Source: the human T2T-CHM13v2.0 reference genome, Homo sapiens. From it: DNA of 64,000 nt. The stretch lies in assembly GCF_009914755.1 (NCBI RefSeq), contig NC_060926.1; one strand, written 5' to 3'. Positions 57,011 to 64,000 of this stretch are shown one piece after another. Position numbers and translations under genes: made by a program. The notes under the pieces were generated by a model. That model saw only the letters and a list, made by a program, of their open reading frames with translations. It did no database searches and was not told the origin of the DNA. Position 1 is the first letter of the stretch. Each line of letters begins with the position of its first letter.

Positions 57011-59232
57011 TGTATTAGCCCATTCTCATACTGCTATGAAGAAATACTTGAGACTGGATAACTTATAAAGGAAGGAGGTTTAATTGATTCACAGTTCTGC
57101 ATGGCTGGTGAGGCCACAGGAAACTTAAAATCATGGCAGAAAGGGAAGTGGAAACATCTTTCTTCACAAGGTGGCAGGAGAGGAAGTGCCTAGCAAAGGG
57201 GGAAATGCCCCTATAAAACCAATGGATCTTGTGAGAACTCACTATCACAAGAACAGCATGAGGGTAACTGCCCCCATGATTCAGTTACCTCCCATGACAT
57301 GTGGGGATTATGGGAACTATAATTCAAGGTGAGATTTGGGTGGTGACACAGCCAAATCATACCATTCCACCTGTGGCCCCTCCCAAATCTCAAGTCCTCA
57401 CATTTCAAAACATAATCATGCCCTTCCAACAGTCCCTCAGAGTATTAACTCATTCCAGCATGAACCCAAAAGTTCAAGATCAAAGTCTCATCTGAGACAA
57501 GGCAAGTCCCTTTTGCCTACAAACCTGTAAAATCAAAAGCAAGTTAGTTACTTCCTAGATACAATGGAGGTACAGGCGTTGGGTAAATACATCCACTCTA
57601 AATGGAAGAAATTGGCCAAAACAAAGGCGCCACAGGCTCCATGCAAGTCCAGAATCCAATAGGGCAGTCATTAAAACTTAAAGTTCCAAAATGATCTTCT
57701 TTGACTCCATGTCTCACATCCAGGTCACACTGATGCAAGAGGTGGGCTCCCACGGCCTTGGGGAGCTCTGCCCCTGTGGCTTTGCAGGGTACAGCTCCCC
57801 TCCTGGCTGCTTTCACAGGCTTACATTGAATGCCTGCAGCTTTTCCGGGCTCACGGTGCAAGCTGTTGGTGGATCTACCATTCTGGGGTCTGGAGGACAG
57901 TGGCCCTCTTCTCACAGTTCTACTAGGCAGTGCCCCAGTGGAGACTCTGTGTGGGGGCTCTGACCCCACATTTCCCTTCTGCACTGCCCTAGCAGAGGTT
58001 CTCCATGAGAGCTCCACCCCTGCAGCAAACTTCTGCCTAGATATCCCGGCATTTCCATACATCCTCTGATATGTAGGCGAAGGTTCCCAAACCTGAATTC
58101 TTGACTTCTGTGCACCTGCGGGCCAACACCATGTGGAAGTCACTAAAGCTTTGGGCTTGCACACTCTGAAGCAATGGCATGGGCTGTACATTGGCCCCTT
58201 TTAGCCATGGTTGGGATGCAGGGCACCAAGTCGTGAGACTGCACAAAGCAGCAATGTTCTGGGCCCGACCCATGAAACTATTTTTTCCTCCTAGGCCTCC
58301 AGGCTAGTGATGGGAGGGGCTTCTATGAAAGTCTCTGACATGCCCTGGAGACATTTTCCCCATTGTCTTGGTGATTAATATTTGGCTCCTCGTTATGCAA
58401 ATTTCTACAGTGGGCTTGAATTTCTCCCTCCAAAATGAGTTTTTCTTGTCTATTGCATTGTCAGGCTGCAAACTTTCCAAACTTTTATGCTCTGCTTCCC
58501 TTTTAAACATAAGTTCCAATTTCAGATCATCTCTCTCAAGTTCAAAGTTCTACAGATCTTTAAGGCAGGGGCGAAATTCCACTAGTCTCTTTGCTAAACC
58601 ATAGCAAGAGCCACCTTTGCTCCAGTTCCCAACTGGAGCATTTCCATCTGAGAGCACCTCAGCCTGGACTTCATTGTCCATATCACTATCAGCATTTTGG
58701 TCAAAGCCATTTAACAAGTCTCTAGGAAGTTCCAAACCTCCCCACGTTTTCCTTTCTTCTTCTGAGCCCTTCAAACGGTTCCAATGCCTGCTTTTTACCC
58801 AGTTCCAAAGTCACTTTCACATTTTCTGTTATCCTTACAGCAGCGCCTTACTCCCTTGCTACCAATTTACTGTATTACCTCATTTTCACACTGCTATAAG
58901 GACATACCTGAGACTGGGTCATTTATAAAGGGAAGAGGTTTAATTGACTCACAGTTCTACATGGCTTGGGAGGCCTCAGGAAACTTATAATCATGGCAGA
59001 AGGCACCTCTTCACAGGGTGGCAGGAGAGGGAATGAGTGCTGAGCAAAAGGAGAAGCCCCTTATAAAACCATCAGATCTCATAAGAACTCACTCACTATC
59101 ACGAGAACTGCATGGGGCTAACTGCCCCCATGATTCAATTACCTCATACTGGGTCCCTCCCATGACACATGGGGATTATGGGAACTACAATTCAAGATAA
59201 GATTTGGGTGAGGACACAGCCCAATCATATCA
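57011..59232 (-). mobile_element. Full-length THE1 (C/D-like) MaLR: LTR 57011-57364, internal 57365-58870, LTR 58871-59232
   Basis: Both LTRs run tgtatt...ca; typical THE1 internal sequence; TSD ctaag/ctagg. Confidence 0.93.
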
Positions 59233-59421
59233 CTAGGGGATAGCAAAAGAGGATTCTTTTAAATTAGCCAAAGTAGCCATTTAGTCTGGGACTCCTTGGA
59301 TGTGAACCTGGTTACCAGAAGAATCCTAAAATCTGATCATAACTCAAGGCCTTCATATTTTTTCTACCTAATTCTTCATACTTTCTGTAATAATTATTAA
59401 TACTTATTTGATGGCCTTTTT

Positions 59422-59750
59422 GTTTTTGTTTTTGAATGCTGTTGTTTATTTTCCTTTTCTAATAATTGCAACTTTAGATTCAGGGGATACGTGTGCAGGT
59501 TTGTTACATGGGTATATTGCATGATGCTGAGATTTGGAGTACAGTTAATCCTGTCACCCAGGTAGTGCACATAGTACCCAATAGTTAGTTTTTCAACCCT
59601 TCCTGCCTTCCCTTCCTTGCCCCGTTCATGGTTTCCATTGTTTATTGTTGCCATCTTTATGTCCATGAGTACCCAATGTTTAGTTCCCGCTTTTAAGTGA
59701 GAACACATGGTATCTGGTTTTCTGTTTTGTGCTCAGGATAATGGTTAATA
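59422..59750 (-). mobile_element. Old L1PA (15/16-like) 3' end
   Basis: gtgtgcaggtttgttacatgggtatattgcatgatgctgag; TSD atggccttttt (59411-59421, 59751-59761). Confidence 0.88.
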
Positions 59751-59774
59751 ATGGCCTTTTTCGCTGGAGATTTT

Positions 59775-60418
59775 AGGGGTGCTATACAATAAAAGTGTAA
59801 TGTGACACACAAATGCAAGCCAGTTACTTACAGTAGTCCCCCCACTTTATGTATGGTTTACTTTCCCAGGTTTTGGTTACCCACAGTATAGCACAGTAAG
59901 ATATTTTGAGACAGACCACATTCACATACTTTTCTATTATAGCATTTTATTCTAATTGCCCATATTATTAGTTATTTTTGCTAATCTCTTATGGTGCCTA
60001 ATTTATAAATTAAAATACCATAGGTATGTATGTATAGAAAGAAACATAGTATGTATCAGGTTCAGTGCTATCCACAGTTTCAGGTATCCACTGGGGTCCT
60101 TGGAATGTATCCCCTACAGACAATCAGGAATGTAAAGTTAAATTTTCGAGCAGCCACATTAAAATAAGCAAAAACAAAATAACAGCTTAAATTAATTTTA
60201 TTAATATATTTTATTAACCCGGAATATCCAAAATAGTATTATTTCCACATGTAATAAGTAAAAAAATGAAGTGGGATATTTTATATTGTTTTTCATGGTT
60301 AGTCTTCAAAATCTGGTATGTGTTTTCATTGACAGCACATCTCAATTTAAACAAGCCACCTTTCAAGTAGCCAACAGGCACATGCAGCTAGTGGCTATTA
60401 TGTTGGACCACACAGCTT
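59775..60418. mobile_element. MER33-like hAT element interrupted by a MER44-like element
   Basis: agcagccacattaaaa...acagcacatctcaattt...gctagtggctattatgttggac. Confidence 0.75.
59831..60132. mobile_element. MER44-like Tigger MITE
   Basis: TA-flanked; starts cagtagtccccc; tttcaggtatccactggggtccttggaatgtatcccc near the end. Confidence 0.78.
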
Positions 60419-61451
60419 TGAAAGAATTTCATGTTGGCAGAGAGAGAGTACATGAGTCTTGTTACTCCTTTTTTCCATGTTCCTAGTATAGTACTTAGGG
60501 TTCAAAATATTTGATGAATAAATTAACATTTTTTAAAGGCTCTTGATAGTTTTAGCTAAAAAGGGAGTCAGGTATCCAAGAATGATTCCTCTAAGCAATG
60601 GATTTGGGCCTATATTTTTTAAGTCAAAGCAGCACTCTTCATTAGTGGTACAACTAAGTTTTGAAAACTATTTTAGAATAAAGGCAACAACCCACTGAAT
60701 CTCATTAGTGAATAGATTTAAAAAGAAACCTTTGAATGTGAAATACTACAGCATGTTTCTACAAAGGGCTAGTGTGTACTAATGAGGAGGAAATGGTGGT
60801 GTCTGGCTGTGTTGTAATTGCATTTAGAGAGTGTACTTCATTATTGCATTACAGTAATCTCTTAGATATCCTGTGAGTGAGAATTCATTGTGTGAATTAT
60901 TTGAACCCGTTGGTTTTTTTATTCTCTTCTTTTGCTATTTTGTCATTTATCTGTTTAATTGCTTATGAACCTTGGAGATTAAACGTATTACAGACTAAAG
61001 AAGTGAAAAGTAGGTCAGTGGAATTTAATTACTGAGAAACCTTTATTGAAAACATTTAAAACAAACAAACAAACTACAGCTATAATAATCACCAAACATC
61101 ATTGGAAGTCACAACTCAGAATCTTTTTTGAGCACAAAAAATACCAATTATATTCAACATAACTTTAGAAAAAAGCAATGGAAGCAGGGCAAATAAAACC
61201 ACCTACATTATCTACATTATCATCATGATGCATCTGTACAGTACCTAAGCAAGCCAGTTTAATTTACAGAACTAATCTGGCAATACTCTTAAAGTTTCTC
61301 TGACAACATGTAATTAGAAAAGAATTGAACTCATTTCTGAAAGCAAATGCTAAGAAATGTTATATGCCACTGATCCACTACCAAGAAAGTAAGGACCATC
61401 CATTCAGCTCAAAGGTTTTGAAAAACCAACAGTTAATGTCCAGTTCTCTTC

Positions 61452-61630
61452 ATATATATAAATACGTATATACACACACACAAACACGCACAAATTATAT
61501 ATATACACACACACATATACAGACACATATACATACGTATGTGCTATACTAGGAACATGGAAAAAAAGGAGTGACAAGACTCATATACGTGTATATATGT
61601 ATGTATATGTGTGTGTGTATATATATATAA
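61452..61630. repeat. TA/CA/TG compound microsatellite with palindromic arms around a 48-bp unique insert
   Basis: CA-rich left arm, TG-rich right arm, insert 61541-61588. Confidence 0.85.
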
Positions 61631-62628
61631 AATAGAACTTCATCTTCTAGAACAGTCTTAGGTTCACAGCAAAATTGAGTGGAAGGATACAGAGATTTCT
61701 CCTCTACTCATTGGTCAATTCCCTTTTCCATGAACAAATCACTAATCTCTCAGCCAGGTTTCCTAGTGGGAGACTCCCAGGTCTAAGACATTGTGGCAAA
61801 AAGGAGTGTGGTGTGTTATAAGTCACAACATTTTCCTGGAAAAAACTGATTTTCATATGAGAGCCTATCAATTCGTTTAAGTAGATAACAAATATTGAAC
61901 ACTTACTTTGTGTCGTCTTTGGGTTAAATATTGTAACATATTTAAAAGCAGTGTGAAGCTTAGCTACTCCCTTTTAAAAGCCAGTGATAACAGAGATGAA
62001 ACAATTAGAGAAGTATTAGGCAGGAAACTATAAGGAACTACTGCTTCATGGAAAGAAAAGTTCTGAGGAAGGGTAGATCAATGAGGCTACAGAAATGAGG
62101 AAAGACATCATGGAAGGAATGGGATTTGAATTTCAGTTTGAAAGCTGAGGAGTGGAGAAGACAGAGAGCAAAGGTGTAGATCCATGAGCCGAGTGGCATG
62201 TATGAGTTGCCGGGGTGAAGTTGAGTGTGTGCTGGGAAGTACGAGGGGATTATAGTGGAAGATGAGTTGAAGATCTTGAAAGCCAGGCAGAGAGATTCTT
62301 GGATTTTACAAAAACAAGCTGCCAAGTCACAAATCCTAGGGATGTAAGGTTCCTCATTGTTCAAAATAATTGAAATGTCTTTCATCTAGAGGCAGAAGAC
62401 AGGATTCAGTTATTTCTCTATCAGGCTTAGGAGTATATAAAAACTGAGATACATTTTTAAAGATATAAAATGATGAATGTAGCAAAACATGGGAGGCCCA
62501 AGTGGCTGAAAGAGAAGAATGGATAAAGAGTGGCTAAAAAGTTACCTTTTAATATGATTGCTGAAAAGCATGATGTCAGAAGGATAATGTGCTTAAGGTT
62601 GAAAATAGATACGGTTGTTTTGGGACAT

Positions 62629-62985
62629 TGTATTAGTCAAGATAGCTTATACTGTGTAAGCATTCTTCCCAGTTCTCAGTGTTGTAATGTGACAAAAATA
62701 TATTTCTCGTGAGAATAGTTGGATTCTCTCCCTAGTGCCTCCCCAGGGCAGCCGCACTCCATGTGATAACTCAGTGGTATTCTCAAGACAAAGCTTCCTC
62801 CTGGTCACTGTGATAGGAGAAGAGAAATGGGGAAACCATACAGGTTTGTCAGAATTGATGCTTTACTTTTGCCCACACATTCATCAGCTAAAACTGTTAT
62901 TTTCCCCTCAATTAACTAAAGGGTGGCTTGACTGGTATAGTCTCTATTATATCCAGGAAAAAAAAAAAGACAAATATTGATGAGT
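62629..62985 (-). mobile_element. Very old MLT1-like LTR remnant
   Basis: tgtattagtcaagatagcttatactgtgtaa...ttctcagtg start pattern. Confidence 0.4.
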
Positions 62986-63249
62986 AATCAAAAGGTCAAA
63001 AATAGACATTTGGAGGGTGAAAATATCTACAGTGCAGTTAAAGATACAGGGTTCAGGTTCATTTGATAGCTAAAAATAACATCTGAGTATCATTATTATA
63101 GATGTTCATTTTGCTCTATTACAGAAGTTAACATTTATATGCAGCAGGATTAGAAGGATGAAGTGACAAATTGTGCACATCTGTAGGAAGGCTATCTTGA
63201 ATTGGAACCCAAGCCTGGTCTGAAACCAATGCCCTACTCTTAATCATTA

Positions 63250-63858
63250 TATTAATATTGGACCAGGTTTGTTCTTCCTGTGGTGCAGAAAGCCAATGAC
63301 TAAGAAGATGAGTTTTGCAGTGGAGAAAAAGTTTATTCACAGGGCAGCCCATTAAGGACACAGGAGAACATCTCTCAAATCCAGCTTCTAGAATATAGGG
63401 CTTAAGGGTATTTATGGGGTAGAGAAACAGGGTGGTCTAAGGTATGGGGACAGGTAATTGGCCATGTGGAAAATCAGGCAACTGGTGATCATGCAAACAT
63501 AGTGAGAGTTCAGGGGTCTTCCTAGAACACATGTTCAGACAATGGCAGCGTTAGCATGATATGAGGCAGGATTTTTGGTTCTCTGATGTCAAAAGCTTTC
63601 TTATTGCCTCTCAGGCATTTGCACAGGCCCAGTTGAAGCGTCAGTGGTCTCAGCCAGTTCAAGCTGGACAAGAGCTTCCCTCAATTTTGTGAAAAACAAC
63701 TTGAGTAGTCATTACCTGGTGACACATACTTTAGAGGTTTTACCTCTGCAGAAGCTAGTGAAGGTTAAATTAAAGAGTGTTTAGCAGTGCAGCTTTCAAC
63801 TAGGTAGGTTAAAAAAAATCAAGAAGCAAGCAACTAAAAAGATTAGCCCTCAGTTTCA
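63250..63858 (-). mobile_element. ERV1-class solo LTR (LTR26/MER66-like, family tentative)
   Basis: gcagaaagccaatgac...tttattcacagg...tctcaaatcc; ends cagtttca (TGAAACTG on minus). Confidence 0.7.
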
Positions 63859-64000
63859 GTATTATACTTTTTCCCTTACATACATCACAACTGAGTTAGC
63901 AATTTGAACTGAACAGCCCAATTATAAAATGGTTATCAACAAATTATTAAACTGAATGGAAAAGTAAGTTCAAATATGAATTTTCCTGGTCTGTGGGCTG

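Noticed and set aside
57598-58191. 197-aa ORF
   Set aside because: Part of the decayed THE1 internal region, not a host gene.

Overview
Primate, most likely human, genomic DNA (Alu, L1PA, THE1, LTR12 and hominoid-specific SVA are all present). It is AT-rich and repeat-dense, and looks intergenic or deep-intronic. I find no supportable protein-coding gene, RNA gene or CRISPR array; the longer ORFs fall inside repeats. I cannot name the locus. Main structures: (1) an ERV1 pol-env-3'LTR remnant (16660-21230) whose env is split by an older-type SVA carrying a 306-bp 3' transduction, bounded by a 14-bp TSD; (2) solo LTR12 and MER52 LTRs with TSDs; (3) a full-length THE1 element with discordant LTRs; (4) a multi-layer nest of insertions in an L1MA; (5) a twin-primed (5'-inverted) L1MA; (6) a fossil RTE-clade LINE; (7) non-TE structures: a 48-bp inverted templated insertion at the tip of a microsatellite palindrome, a 26-bp mismatch-free (WC plus G-U) stem, and a strand-biased TGAC array. 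Repeat family names come from my recollection of consensus sequences, not from a search, so subfamily calls are tentative. I see no convincing evidence of a new multi-gene system.
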